Below are positions 48,770 through 58,798 of a stretch of 64,000 nucleotides of DNA, piece after piece. Source of the DNA: an uncultured Clostridium sp. (GTDB lineage: Bacteria > Bacillota > Clostridia > Lachnospirales > Lachnospiraceae); assembly GCA_947644195.1 (NCBI GenBank), contig CANRZB010000007.1, positions 7,107-71,106 of the forward strand. Reading direction: 5' to 3'. The number at the start of each line of letters is the position of its first letter. The first letter of the stretch is position 1. A model generated the notes under the pieces. It was given only the letters and a program-made list of their open reading frames with translations. It made no database searches and was not told the origin of the DNA. Position numbers and translations under genes: made by a program.

Positions 48770-49756
48770 ATGTCTTTCTCTGGCAGGGTAAAGGAAGAAT
48801 TAGGGAAACAGGTCAGTCAAGCACGACATTGCCAGTTGGCAGAATTTGCTGCGTTGTTTCTATTGTGTGGCAAAGTAAGGCGGGGATCCAGAGGGAAAAT
48901 TTCTTTGGAGATTCATACAGAAAACTTGACAGTTGCGCAAAAATCTTATATGTTATTAAAGATGGCGTTTGATACCAGCATAGAAATACGGATTCGGAAT
49001 CACAGTTTAAAGTCGTATACACCGGCGTATTATCTGGTAATTCGGAATCAGGCTGCGGTGATGCAGATATTAAAAGCGGTAAAGCTGTTGGATGAATCGG
49101 AAAGTCGATGGGGCGATTTTTCGGGGATACCATACCGTCTGGTGCAGAATACCTGTTGTAAGCGGGCGTATTTACGTGGTGTATTTATGGCGGCTGGATC
49201 AGTGACCAATCCGAAGAAGGGATATCATCTGGAGATTGCAGTGTCTTCTGCCAGTTTTTGCAGGCAGCTGCAGGAGATCGTTGTATCGTTCGGTATTGAG
49301 GCGAAAATTGTAGAGCGCAAGAAATATTATGTGCTATATGTCAAAGAGGGCTCTTTGATTGTTGATTTCCTCAATGTCATGGAAGCGCATTTGGCTTTGA
49401 TGGAATTTGAAAATATCCGAATCTTAAAGGATGTCCGAAATTCTGTTAATCGACAGGTGAATTGTGAGACGGCGAATATTAATAAGACAGTGACGGCTGC
49501 GGCCAGACAGATTGAAGATATACAATATATAGAGCGTCGTAAGGGGTTTCGTCAGTTAAATGATGGTTTGCGGGAAATCGCAGAATTACGTCTGGATTAT
49601 CCAGACAGCTCCCTGACTGAACTTGGGCAGATGTTATCCAAGCCCTTAGGTAAATCCGGTGTAAATCATCGTTTGAGAAAACTGAGTGATATTGCAGTGC
49701 GGATGAGGGAGCAGAAAGAGTTATTTCCGGATCCAAAGGAGGACGAAAGGTCATGA
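48770..49756 (+). CDS. whiA: DNA-binding protein WhiA
   Basis: MSFSGRVKEEL, RAYLRG...GSVTNP, NRQVNCETAN, SGVNHRLRK. Confidence 0.95.
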   Translation: MSFSGRVKEELGKQVSQARHCQLAEFAALFLLCGKVRRGSRGKISLEIHTENLTVAQKSYMLLKMAFDTSIEIRIRNHSLKSYTPAYYLVIRNQAAVMQILKAVKLLDESESRWGDFSGIPYRLVQNTCCKRAYLRGVFMAAGSVTNPKKGYHLEIAVSSASFCRQLQEIVVSFGIEAKIVERKKYYVLYVKEGSLIVDFLNVMEAHLALMEFENIRILKDVRNSVNRQVNCETANINKTVTAAARQIEDIQYIERRKGFRQLNDGLREIAELRLDYPDSSLTELGQMLSKPLGKSGVNHRLRKLSDIAVRMREQKELFPDPKEDERS

Positions 49757-50013
49757 TCACAAAGAAAATCAAGATTCAGATTAAAAGCGGGCTGGAAGCC
49801 AGACCGGTAGCAATTCTGGTACAGGTAGCCAGTCAGTATAGCAGCAAGATTTATGTGGAATGTGAAAACAAAAAAGTCAATGCCAAGAGTATCATGGGTA
49901 TGATGGCATTAGGGTTGGCAAGCGGCGAAGAGGTTGTTGTGTCAGCGGATGGAGATGACGAACAGACTGCTATGACAGAGATTGAAAAATATCTAAGTTC
50001 AGCGCATGCATAA
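49753..50013 (+). CDS. crh: HPr-like protein (Crh position) with Glu at residue 15
   Basis: GLEARP replaces GLHARP. NAKSIMG (Ser46) is intact. Located after rapZ-whiA, as crh is in Bacillus. Confidence 0.8.
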   Translation: MITKKIKIQIKSGLEARPVAILVQVASQYSSKIYVECENKKVNAKSIMGMMALGLASGEEVVVSADGDDEQTAMTEIEKYLSSAHA

Positions 50014-50219
50014 AAAAGATAAGGGTAAAAAAGATAAGAGATGGTCACTTATTGATTGTCTCTTTTTTTTTGCGGTTATTTAGGGTATACTAGTATGGTA
50101 TCTATTTAGGATTTCTAGTACTGGAGATAGAATGTTACATAAGAGATTTAGGATGAACACGGCCATGGATATGGCGTCTGACAAATCGTTCGGGGTCGTG
50201 GCAGTCTTTTGAAGTAGAA

Positions 50220-53200
50220 ATGGGGAAAACTATGAGTTTTACACATCTGCATGTCCATACGGAATATTCCCTGTTGGACGGCTCCTGCAAAATACCAAAA
50301 CTAATGACACGGGCAAAAGAATTGGGAATGGAACATTTGGCAATCACAGATCATGGCAATATGTATGGCGTGATTGATTTTTATCGTGCAGCGAGGGATG
50401 CTGGCATCAATCCGGTCATTGGCTGTGAAGTCTATGTGGCGCTGGGGTCTCGTTTTGATACGCAAAATGTAAAAGGGTCGGAACGTTACCACCATCTGGT
50501 ATTGCTGGCAGAAAACAACCAGGGATACGCCAATCTGATGAAAATTGTCTCTAAAGGGTTTACGGAGGGATTCTATTATAAGCCCCGGGTAGACTATGAA
50601 GTCTTAACAGAATACCATGAGGGAATCATTGCGCTAAGTGCATGTTTGGCGGGAGCTGTGGCAAGCGCTCTACGGCAGGGCCAGTATGATCTGGCGAAAC
50701 AGGAAGCGCTTCGTCTGTCGGAGCTGTTTGGGCCAGACCATTTTTATCTGGAAATGCAGGATCATGGGATACCGGATCAGGCGACGGTCAATCAGGGATT
50801 GATGCGGATGAGCCAGGAAACAGGCTTGGAACTGGTCTGCACGAACGATGTGCACTATATCCTTGCGGAAGATGCCGAACCGCATGATCTTCTTTTGTGT
50901 ATCCAGACGCAGAAAAAGGTACAGGATGAAGACCGGATGCGCTATGAGGGTGGTCAATATTATTTGAAATCTGAGGAGGAAATGCTGGCGCTCTTTCCTT
51001 ATGCAAAGCAGGCGGTTGAAAATACATCGAAGATTGCTGCCCGCTGTCATGTGGAGATAGAATTTGGCAAGTACAAGTTACCACAGTTTGACGTGCCGGA
51101 GGGTTATACCGCATGGGAGTATTTAAATAAGATCTGTAAGGAGGGCATGCAGGAGCGGTATCAGGAATTGACACCGGAATTATCGGAACGATTGGATTAT
51201 GAATTGGAAACGATCCATACCATGGGATTTGTCGATTATTTCCTGATTGTTTGGGATTTTATAAAATATGCGAGGGATCATGGTATCAGTGTCGGACCTG
51301 GCCGAGGGTCAGCGGCGGGTAGTATTGTTTCCTATTCTTTGGGGATTACTAATATTGATCCCATTCGATACGATCTGCTGTTTGAGCGTTTTCTGAATCC
51401 AGAAAGGGTAACCATGCCCGATATTGATATTGATTTCTGCTATGAAAGACGCCCGGAGGTAATCAAATATGTCATGGATAAGTATGGCAGGGATCATGTG
51501 GTGCAGATTGTTACGTTTGGTACGATGGCGGCGCGCGGTGTGATCCGTGATGTGGGCCGAGTTCTGGATCTGCCCTATAACTTTGTGGATGTGGTTGCAA
51601 AATCCATCCCTATGGAGTTAGGGATTACCATAGATAAGGCATTACATTCCAATCCAGAGCTGCGCAGCTTATATGACAGTGACGACCAGGCACGGAACCT
51701 GATTGATATGTCCCGTAAACTGGAAGGGCTGCCAAGGCATACCTCCATGCATGCGGCGGGAGTGTTAATCAGCCCAAAGCCGGTGGATGAATTTGTACCG
51801 CTCTCCAAGGCGTCGGATGGTACCATTACCACCCAGTATACCATGACGACGTTGGAAGAATTGGGTCTGCTCAAGATGGATTTCCTGGGGCTGCGGACGC
51901 TGACCGTGATCCAGGATGCGGCAAAATTGGCAGGAATCCAGGATCAGGATTTGATGGAGATTGATTTTGAGGATCCCGCTGTATTTGAAATGATCAGCTC
52001 CGGGAAATGTGAGGGTGTATTTCAGCTAGAAAGTGCTGGTATGAAGCAGTTCATGAAAGAACTGAAACCCAGAAATATGGAGGATATCATTGCCGGAATT
52101 TCTCTGTACCGCCCTGGGCCGATGGATTTCATTCCGCAATACATTCAGGGAAAAAACAGTCAGGAAAATATTGTTTACGACTGTCCGCAGTTGGAGCCAA
52201 TTCTCTCGCCGACGTATGGCTGTATCGTTTATCAGGAACAAGTGATGCAGATTGTTCGTAATCTTGCGGGCTACAGTTTTGGCCGGAGTGACCTGGTGCG
52301 GCGTGCCATGTCCAAAAAGAAGGCCAAGGTGATGGAGGCGGAACGGCAGAATTTCATCTACGGAAATGAGGCGGAAGGCGTCAAAGGCTGTATTGCAAAT
52401 GGGATATCAGAGCAGGTTGCCAACAAGATTTACGATGAAATGATTGACTTTGCGAAGTATGCTTTTAACAAATCCCATGCGGCAGCTTATGCGGTTGTGG
52501 CATATCAGACGGCATATCTGAAATATCATTATCCGGTAGAATTTATGGCGGCGCTGATGACATCGGTCAAAGATTATACCGTTAAGATTACGGACTACTC
52601 GATGCATTGCCGGGAAATGGAAATTCAGATCCTACCCCCGGATATCAACAAAGGATACGCCGTGTTTTCCGTGGATCAGGGGAATGTTCGCTACGGAATG
52701 GCGGCAGTTAAGGGTGTGGGGACCCAGGTGGTTAGCACCATTGTGGAAGAACGGGAACAGGGCGGAGAATACCGCTCCCTGCAGGATTTCGTGGAACGTC
52801 TGAATGGCAAAGAAGTCAATAAGACGGTGATCGGTAATCTGATCAAGGCAGGGGCATTGGATTCTCTGGAGGGCAGCCGGAAACAGAAGTTGCTGGTCTA
52901 TCAGCGAATGATGGAAAATATAGCGAGGGAACACAAAGATGCGATGGCAGGTCAAATATCTTTATTTGATCTGGGGGATGAAGAATTGGTGGCCAGGAAA
53001 GAAATTCCGTTCCCGGAAGTCGGGGAATACGAGCAGGAAGAATTGCTGGCGATGGAAAAAGAGGTTCTGGGAATCTACATCAGCGGACATCCTCTGCAAA
53101 ACTATGCGGTATTGATGGATCGAAACTGTTCCCACAATTCGGCAGATTTTTTGCCGGAGGATGAGGGAGAAAATGCAGGTATGCCAAGGGTGCAGGAGGG

Positions 53201-53735
53201 GGAGAATGTAGTTATCGGCGGAATCATAGAAGCCAAGACGGTAAAGACTACCAAAACGAATTCCCTGATGGCTTTTCTGACGATTGAGGATATGTATGGA
53301 ACGGTGGAAGTAATTGTATTTCCTAGAGACTACGAACGTAGAAAGGAATTGTTGGAGGAAGGGGCCAAGGTGTTTGTGCGTGGACGCGCCCAGGTGGAAG
53401 AAGAACGGGGTGGCAAGGTGATCTGCCAGAATGTCATTCCTTTTGCACAGATACCGTGTGAGCTATGGGTACGTTTTGTAGATAAGGCCGCTTATCTGGA
53501 ACACGAAGCAGATTTTTTGCGCACGATAGCGCCATATGATGGTAATGATCAGATCTGTGTCTATCTGGATGCGGAAAAACAGGTAAAACGCCTGTCCAGA
53601 CAGTATCAGACCGATGCCAGGAGGATTGCCGCTGACGGTGTGCTGATGGATTTTCCGGGGATCTCTGGTGGAAAAGAGGAGATTTTGGCAGGAAGATCTG
53701 TTGCAATTCAGGAAAAGAGTATTGAAAAATTTTGA
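50220..53735 (+). CDS. dnaE: DNA polymerase III alpha subunit
   Basis: HLHVHTEYSLLDG PHP domain, GRGSAAGS, PDIDIDF, LLKMDFLGL, C-terminal OB fold. Confidence 0.98.
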   Translation: MGKTMSFTHLHVHTEYSLLDGSCKIPKLMTRAKELGMEHLAITDHGNMYGVIDFYRAARDAGINPVIGCEVYVALGSRFDTQNVKGSERYHHLVLLAENNQGYANLMKIVSKGFTEGFYYKPRVDYEVLTEYHEGIIALSACLAGAVASALRQGQYDLAKQEALRLSELFGPDHFYLEMQDHGIPDQATVNQGLMRMSQETGLELVCTNDVHYILAEDAEPHDLLLCIQTQKKVQDEDRMRYEGGQYYLKSEEEMLALFPYAKQAVENTSKIAARCHVEIEFGKYKLPQFDVPEGYTAWEYLNKICKEGMQERYQELTPELSERLDYELETIHTMGFVDYFLIVWDFIKYARDHGISVGPGRGSAAGSIVSYSLGITNIDPIRYDLLFERFLNPERVTMPDIDIDFCYERRPEVIKYVMDKYGRDHVVQIVTFGTMAARGVIRDVGRVLDLPYNFVDVVAKSIPMELGITIDKALHSNPELRSLYDSDDQARNLIDMSRKLEGLPRHTSMHAAGVLISPKPVDEFVPLSKASDGTITTQYTMTTLEELGLLKMDFLGLRTLTVIQDAAKLAGIQDQDLMEIDFEDPAVFEMISSGKCEGVFQLESAGMKQFMKELKPRNMEDIIAGISLYRPGPMDFIPQYIQGKNSQENIVYDCPQLEPILSPTYGCIVYQEQVMQIVRNLAGYSFGRSDLVRRAMSKKKAKVMEAERQNFIYGNEAEGVKGCIANGISEQVANKIYDEMIDFAKYAFNKSHAAAYAVVAYQTAYLKYHYPVEFMAALMTSVKDYTVKITDYSMHCREMEIQILPPDINKGYAVFSVDQGNVRYGMAAVKGVGTQVVSTIVEEREQGGEYRSLQDFVERLNGKEVNKTVIGNLIKAGALDSLEGSRKQKLLVYQRMMENIAREHKDAMAGQISLFDLGDEELVARKEIPFPEVGEYEQEELLAMEKEVLGIYISGHPLQNYAVLMDRNCSHNSADFLPEDEGENAGMPRVQEGENVVIGGIIEAKTVKTTKTNSLMAFLTIEDMYGTVEVIVFPRDYERRKELLEEGAKVFVRGRAQVEEERGGKVICQNVIPFAQIPCELWVRFVDKAAYLEHEADFLRTIAPYDGNDQICVYLDAEKQVKRLSRQYQTDARRIAADGVLMDFPGISGGKEEILAGRSVAIQEKSIEKF

Positions 53736-53858
53736 ATTTTAGCGTAAAATTTTGGAATGAGAAAATAGTTGGAATAAGGTACCAATACAACGAATATTAG
53801 GATGTTTTACAAAACAAACCTGGTATTCACTGCACTAAAAGCAGCATGGAGGAATAAA

Positions 53859-54839
53859 ATGGATAATGCAGTAAAAACAATTGGGGTATTGACAAGCGGC
53901 GGCGATGCGCCGGGAATGAATGCAGCGATTCGTGCCGTTGTGCGGACTGCCATTGCAAATGGCGTGAAGGTAAAGGGAATCCGCCGTGGATATGCGGGGC
54001 TGTTAGAGGAAGATATCTTTGATATGAATTCTTTATCCGTATCTGATATCATTCAACTGGGCGGGACCATACTATATACCGCAAGATGCCGGAGATTTCG
54101 AGAGCCGGAGCATCAGAAAAAAGCTGCGGAAATCTGTCGAAAACACGGGATAGACGGTGTTGTGGTAATTGGTGGAGATGGCTCTTTTAATGGGGCAAGC
54201 CGGTTATCGGAGCATGGTATCAATACAATCGGCGTGCCGGGAACCATTGACCTGGACATTGCCTGCACAGAATACACCATTGGTTTTGATACTGCAATTA
54301 ATACAGCAATGGAAGCAATTGACAAATTGCGGGATACTTCCGAATCCCATGAGCGCTGTAGTATTGTAGAGGTAATGGGACGCACGGCGGGCCACATTGC
54401 ACTGTGGACTGGCATTGCCAGCGGCGCCGAATATATTTTGACCACGGAGGAATATCATGGTGATATTCAGCGTATTATAACCAAGATTAAAGACCGCCGT
54501 AAAATGGGAAAAAAGAATCACATCATCATTAATGCCGAGGGAGTAGGAAATTCCAATGAGATGGCGAAAGTCATTGAGATTGCTACCGATGTGGAAACTA
54601 GGGCAACCATTTTGGGACACATCCAGCGAGGTGGAAATCCTACCTGTAAAGACAGGGTATATGCTTCTGCCATGGGAGCGAAAGCGGTAGAGCTTTTATG
54701 CGAGGGGGCTAGCAATCGAGTTGTGGCATATAAAGATGGTGAGTTTATAGATTTTGATATCCAGGAAGCATTGGCGATGCAAAAGGGCCTGGATCCGTAT
54801 TTGTTCCATATTACTAGAAAGCTAACGACCAGGATTTAA
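53859..54839 (+). CDS. pfkA: 6-phosphofructokinase
   Basis: TSGGDAPGMNA, GGTIL, IGGDGS, PGTID, EVMGR, GHIQRGG. Start corrected to 53859. Confidence 0.97.
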   Translation: MDNAVKTIGVLTSGGDAPGMNAAIRAVVRTAIANGVKVKGIRRGYAGLLEEDIFDMNSLSVSDIIQLGGTILYTARCRRFREPEHQKKAAEICRKHGIDGVVVIGGDGSFNGASRLSEHGINTIGVPGTIDLDIACTEYTIGFDTAINTAMEAIDKLRDTSESHERCSIVEVMGRTAGHIALWTGIASGAEYILTTEEYHGDIQRIITKIKDRRKMGKKNHIIINAEGVGNSNEMAKVIEIATDVETRATILGHIQRGGNPTCKDRVYASAMGAKAVELLCEGASNRVVAYKDGEFIDFDIQEALAMQKGLDPYLFHITRKLTTRI

Positions 54840-54934
54840 TGTTATCTCTGGCCGACGTATATGTTATGATTATTGCACTGTCAGCATAACATATACCGTA
54901 TAGCAGCAGGCAGTGCAGAAATGAGGAAAAAACT

Positions 54935-55162
54935 ATGAAAAAATTATTGAAATTTATTGTGGCAATTGCAGCAGCGGCCGGTATTGTGTTAGGGGTACTC
55001 TATGTTCTTCGTGATCGTCTGGGTTTTGATTCCGATGGGGATGATGCAGAGGAAAACGACTTTGACGAAGTATTTGCGGATGAAGTGGATGACCGGGAAT
55101 ATGTCACGCTGGATATTGACCAGGAAGAAGAGCAGGATAGCGAAACGGAAGAAGAGAATTAG
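54935..55162 (+). CDS. Small membrane-anchored acidic hypothetical protein
   Basis: GAGG RBS, N-terminal TM helix, very acidic tail. Confidence 0.75.
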   Translation: MKKLLKFIVAIAAAAGIVLGVLYVLRDRLGFDSDGDDAEENDFDEVFADEVDDREYVTLDIDQEEEQDSETEEEN

Positions 55163-55244
55163 ATCCGACGCTGCTTTTCGCTAATGTACGGGTACATTTT
55201 TTTGTGATAAGAGTGTCAGTACACTAGGAATTTATTGTTTTTTT

Positions 55245-55291
55245 AACAGGGCATCAGAAGGGATGGTTTTTTCTGGTGTCCTGTTTTTTTT
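55245..55291. terminator. Intrinsic terminator
   Basis: AACAGGGCATCAGAA / TTCTGGTGTCCTGTT followed by a T-run. Confidence 0.7.
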
Positions 55292-55359
55292 CGTTTGTAG
55301 ATGGGATAGATGTTGATCATGGATAAAAGATAGGCGGAAACAGGATGCTAAGGATGCGA

Positions 55360-56535
55360 TTAAAAGGAACCATAGATAATTTCTGTAATCTGTTCTGCCC
55401 TTTGCTTCCAGGTATGCTCTGCGGATACTTTTTGATATGCAAGGTCTGTAATTAACTCTGCTTTTTTGTAGTCGGTTAGATGACGATGTATTATCTCGTT
55501 TAAGTGATCTAAATGATTATAATCAATGAACAAAATTTCCTTGCCGTTATCAAAGATCTTGTCCAGATATTGATTTCGATCAGATATGCAAAGAGTTTTT
55601 GATAACATGGATGAAAAAATTCTTTCATGAGCGCCAGAGTGAAATCCAATGTCTGGGTGAATAGTTATTTTTGCATGGTTTATCAATTCTAAGTTTTCTT
55701 CAAAATTTACGGCTGGATGAAAATGGATATTATCTGCTTTTATCGTACATTTTTCCCAGTCTTGCCCGTATATTTCTACACAGTAATCTTCTCCTGCCAT
55801 AGTTTCTAACAGTCGGTCTCGATAAATCCCACGTATGTAATGATCTACAATATTGCCTATAATGTTGAGCCATTCTGGAAACTCTTCTTGAGTTAATACG
55901 ATTCCAAGATTTTGCAACGCTTTGGAAAAAGCATCTTCTTGTTTTAGTTTGGGATGTGATAATATTTCATTTGCCATAGAAATAGAGATTTTGCTGGCAG
56001 GTTCCGGTGAATCGTGCATTATTTGTAACAATTCATTGCATGGTTTAAAAGTACCTGTAAATAGCACGTCAATCTTACGTTTGTTGTATGCGACAGGTGT
56101 TCCTGTATAGCCTCCACCGTGATAGACTGTGTGGACAGAACGGATGTGAGGATAGTACTTGGAAAGATATTCGCTGTGATAGTTATCAATACATAGGGCA
56201 TGAAAATCATGTAAATTTTCCTTTAATATGGCATGATGATGCATGGGATGATCTACCAGGAAATAATAATAAGGTGCATGGATGTAATCCTGAAGGTATT
56301 TGCCATTTGATAATTTTATATTGCTAATAAAACAATTAAAAGATAGAACAGCATCAAATGACTCATCGCTTAGTTGAAAAATCCGTTCTAATGCATTGCT
56401 TTCACCTAAATCAACCACGGTAGTCTGGATGTTCAGTTCCTGAAAAGCAGATAGCAGGTCATTCATGAAATAACGTAAAGTACCATAGGGAGCATTGACT
56501 TGATAGATAAGAAATTTTTTGCATAATTTGTGCAT
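55360..56535 (-). CDS. GT-B glycosyltransferase-like protein (CgeB / Glyco_trans_1_2 type), AT-rich
   Basis: FLVDHPMHH, IDVLFTGT, HERIFSSML, C-terminal EHTWKQRAEQI. A minus-strand TTGACT-N17-TACACT promoter near 56570-56598 favours the start at 56535. Confidence 0.7.
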   Translation of the reverse strand: MHKLCKKFLIYQVNAPYGTLRYFMNDLLSAFQELNIQTTVVDLGESNALERIFQLSDESFDAVLSFNCFISNIKLSNGKYLQDYIHAPYYYFLVDHPMHHHAILKENLHDFHALCIDNYHSEYLSKYYPHIRSVHTVYHGGGYTGTPVAYNKRKIDVLFTGTFKPCNELLQIMHDSPEPASKISISMANEILSHPKLKQEDAFSKALQNLGIVLTQEEFPEWLNIIGNIVDHYIRGIYRDRLLETMAGEDYCVEIYGQDWEKCTIKADNIHFHPAVNFEENLELINHAKITIHPDIGFHSGAHERIFSSMLSKTLCISDRNQYLDKIFDNGKEILFIDYNHLDHLNEIIHRHLTDYKKAELITDLAYQKVSAEHTWKQRAEQITEIIYGSF

Positions 56536-56801
56536 GTGAATTGTGTTTCCCTTCGTTTTCATAGCTTGTAGTGTATAATTTCCAGTGTATAAAGTCAAGT
56601 CGTTTTTCTCTATATGATAATGAAATCTGGATGGAAAGTCAGGAAAATTGATGTTCTTCTGACGAATTGAAGTGAAATGAAATGAATAGTAAATAGAATA
56701 GATAAAGTATTGTCAGTAACCTTGGATTTTGCTAAGATATTATAAATAATAAAGAGTAATGTAGAACAACAGTAGGCAGGCAAAGATATTTGCAGGACAT
56801 G

Positions 56802-56968
56802 CTAGTACAACGAATATTGAGTAATTGGCGGTTTGGCTTGCCTGTTTTTCCGATAGCACGACTCCCCAAGCCTCGATGTAGCCACCGCTACACCTGTGTT
56901 TGTGAAGCCGCACTCTCAGAAAAACATTTTGCGTCAAACTATCCAAAACTTATTTTTCGTTGTACTAG
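56802..56968. mobile_element. 167-bp MITE-like element, copy 2
   Basis: Same length, orientation and CTAG-bounded inverted repeats as 18134-18300, with only a few substitutions. Confidence 0.75.
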
Positions 56969-57052
56969 ATTATAGTTGAGTAATAAGTTGTCCTTATAAG
57001 AGAGTAAGTGTAAATAACCATGAATATAATATGTTTAAAGGAGTGGTATCAT

Positions 57053-57505
57053 ATGATTGATATATATACAGAAAAAAAACAATCAACTGATTGGATTCTT
57101 CAAAATGATTTATATTTTAATTTAAATACAGGAAATGAAGAAATGTCTGAAAATGAAATAAAAATCATTCAGCAAGTGGATCAGGCAAAACTGACACCAG
57201 ATAAGCACATTGAAACAAAATATGGATTAGGTACAATTCGTAATTTGTCATCGGGATGCAAAACGTTACTTAATATTGTAAAGCATCCTGATAAAGTGGT
57301 GTGTGTAGAGGAATGTGGTCCAAATGTACTTGAAATTATTTTTACGATGGATAATATAAAGATATATATGTCACGTCCTACGCTTACAGAGATTCCAGAC
57401 GATGCAGAAATCAGATTTAATGATGCTGATGTGGTAACTGGAAATTCTGGGTACAATACTTGGTGGGGTAAAGAGTATGAAAGGAGAGAAGCAAATGATA
57501 TATAA
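57053..57505 (+). CDS. DUF4869-like protein with an ABC-signature-like motif
   Basis: AAAGGAG RBS. LSSGCKTLLNIVKHPDKVVCVEEC. The family name is from recall, not a search. Confidence 0.65.
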   Translation: MIDIYTEKKQSTDWILQNDLYFNLNTGNEEMSENEIKIIQQVDQAKLTPDKHIETKYGLGTIRNLSSGCKTLLNIVKHPDKVVCVEECGPNVLEIIFTMDNIKIYMSRPTLTEIPDDAEIRFNDADVVTGNSGYNTWWGKEYERREANDI

Positions 57506-57896
57506 GAACATCGCATTTAAAGCAGATCCATTTTCATATGATTTAGCGTTCAATGATAGAATAACTCTTGTTGGTGGAGACAGTGGTACAGGTAAAACAG
57601 TTCTTTATGGAATGTTGGAAGACCTAAGGCTTACCGACGAATATAAAGGGATAAAATTGTTTAATTACAAATCAGATAATCTTTTAGAGTCGATGAAAAA
57701 GTGTAGAGATAATTTTATTGTGATTGATAATGCGGATATTTTAATGGATGATGATATCAGAAGATTCATCAATTTTGAATTTTCCAATCAATATATGCTT
57801 TTTTTAAGAAATTGTGATGGACTTAACGTATCTGATAAGAGTTTTAAAGTGTTGAAGCTTGTTAATAACAAAATAACACTGGAAGAGGAGTTGTAA
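57495..57896 (+). CDS. Minimal P-loop (ABC-like) ATPase
   Basis: ITLVGGDSGTGKT Walker A and FIVIDNAD Walker-B-like motif. AAGGAG RBS; overlaps the upstream gene by 11 bp. Confidence 0.7.
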   Translation: MIYKNIAFKADPFSYDLAFNDRITLVGGDSGTGKTVLYGMLEDLRLTDEYKGIKLFNYKSDNLLESMKKCRDNFIVIDNADILMDDDIRRFINFEFSNQYMLFLRNCDGLNVSDKSFKVLKLVNNKITLEEEL

Positions 57897-57897
57897 T

Positions 57898-58575
57898 ATG
57901 AAATATGTGTGGACAGAAGATACGGGCGCAGGACTTCACTTCTGGAAATTGGTTAATCAACTTTTCTTTGAAAATGCACTTGTGGTTGAAAGTAAAGAAA
58001 GTAATCAGGGCATCTTGGATGCACTAACAGTTTTGGAACCTAAAGATAACGATGAGTATTATATTGCTTTTGATTATGTGTTAGACAATCAGGATATTCG
58101 CAATAAGCATCGTTTACTGAAATCAATAGCAGAAAAGTCAAAAGGAAAGATTATAATTTTGGATATAATTTGTTTTGAATATTTAATTCTTTCCTTTGAC
58201 AAGCTGGTAACATGGACAGGCACTGGAAAGGCAGATAAAATCAAGATTCGTGAAGAAGTTTTAGCGGCAATTGAGAATCATAGAATCAACTTGTTAAAGA
58301 TTGATGACGAGAAGACATTACAGTATTTAGCAGGTTTTAAGAGATATTCTACAGAGCGGGTGATGAAAGCATTGGTAGGTGAATTTACGCAAAATGAGAA
58401 ATGGTCTGTTAAAGGTACACTTATGGGAGAATGTTGGTATAAGGATTGTTGTGTATCCAATTTTCCGGATAATTTTAGGTGTGGTAAACCAGAAGTTGGA
58501 GATGGAAGTGAAAAGATGCGGATGCTGATACAGTCAGAGGTTATGTATAAAATGATATCAACTATTATCGGATAA
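57898..58575 (+). CDS. Hypothetical protein, TOPRIM-like (OLD/AriB-type) fold suspected
   Basis: YVWTED, LVVES, YYIAFDYVLD, ICFEYLIL, Cys-rich C-terminus. GAGGAG RBS; starts 1 nt after the upstream stop. Confidence 0.55.
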   Translation: MKYVWTEDTGAGLHFWKLVNQLFFENALVVESKESNQGILDALTVLEPKDNDEYYIAFDYVLDNQDIRNKHRLLKSIAEKSKGKIIILDIICFEYLILSFDKLVTWTGTGKADKIKIREEVLAAIENHRINLLKIDDEKTLQYLAGFKRYSTERVMKALVGEFTQNEKWSVKGTLMGECWYKDCCVSNFPDNFRCGKPEVGDGSEKMRMLIQSEVMYKMISTIIG

Positions 58576-58798
58576 AAGAAAGAGGGAGATATATTGCAAT
58601 TTAGAAAGGGAAAGAGATTTTTGGAGATTAATCATGTCAATAGTATATAGAAGATGAACAAAGAATGATCTGGAAACATTTAATCACCAAAACGACGAAA
58701 ACATAGTTTGCATTTTTTCCAACCCCTATGCTATAATAGCACACGGATCGAAAATAAGTTCGGTTTTTTAAGCAACATGATAGAAATGAGGGAATACA

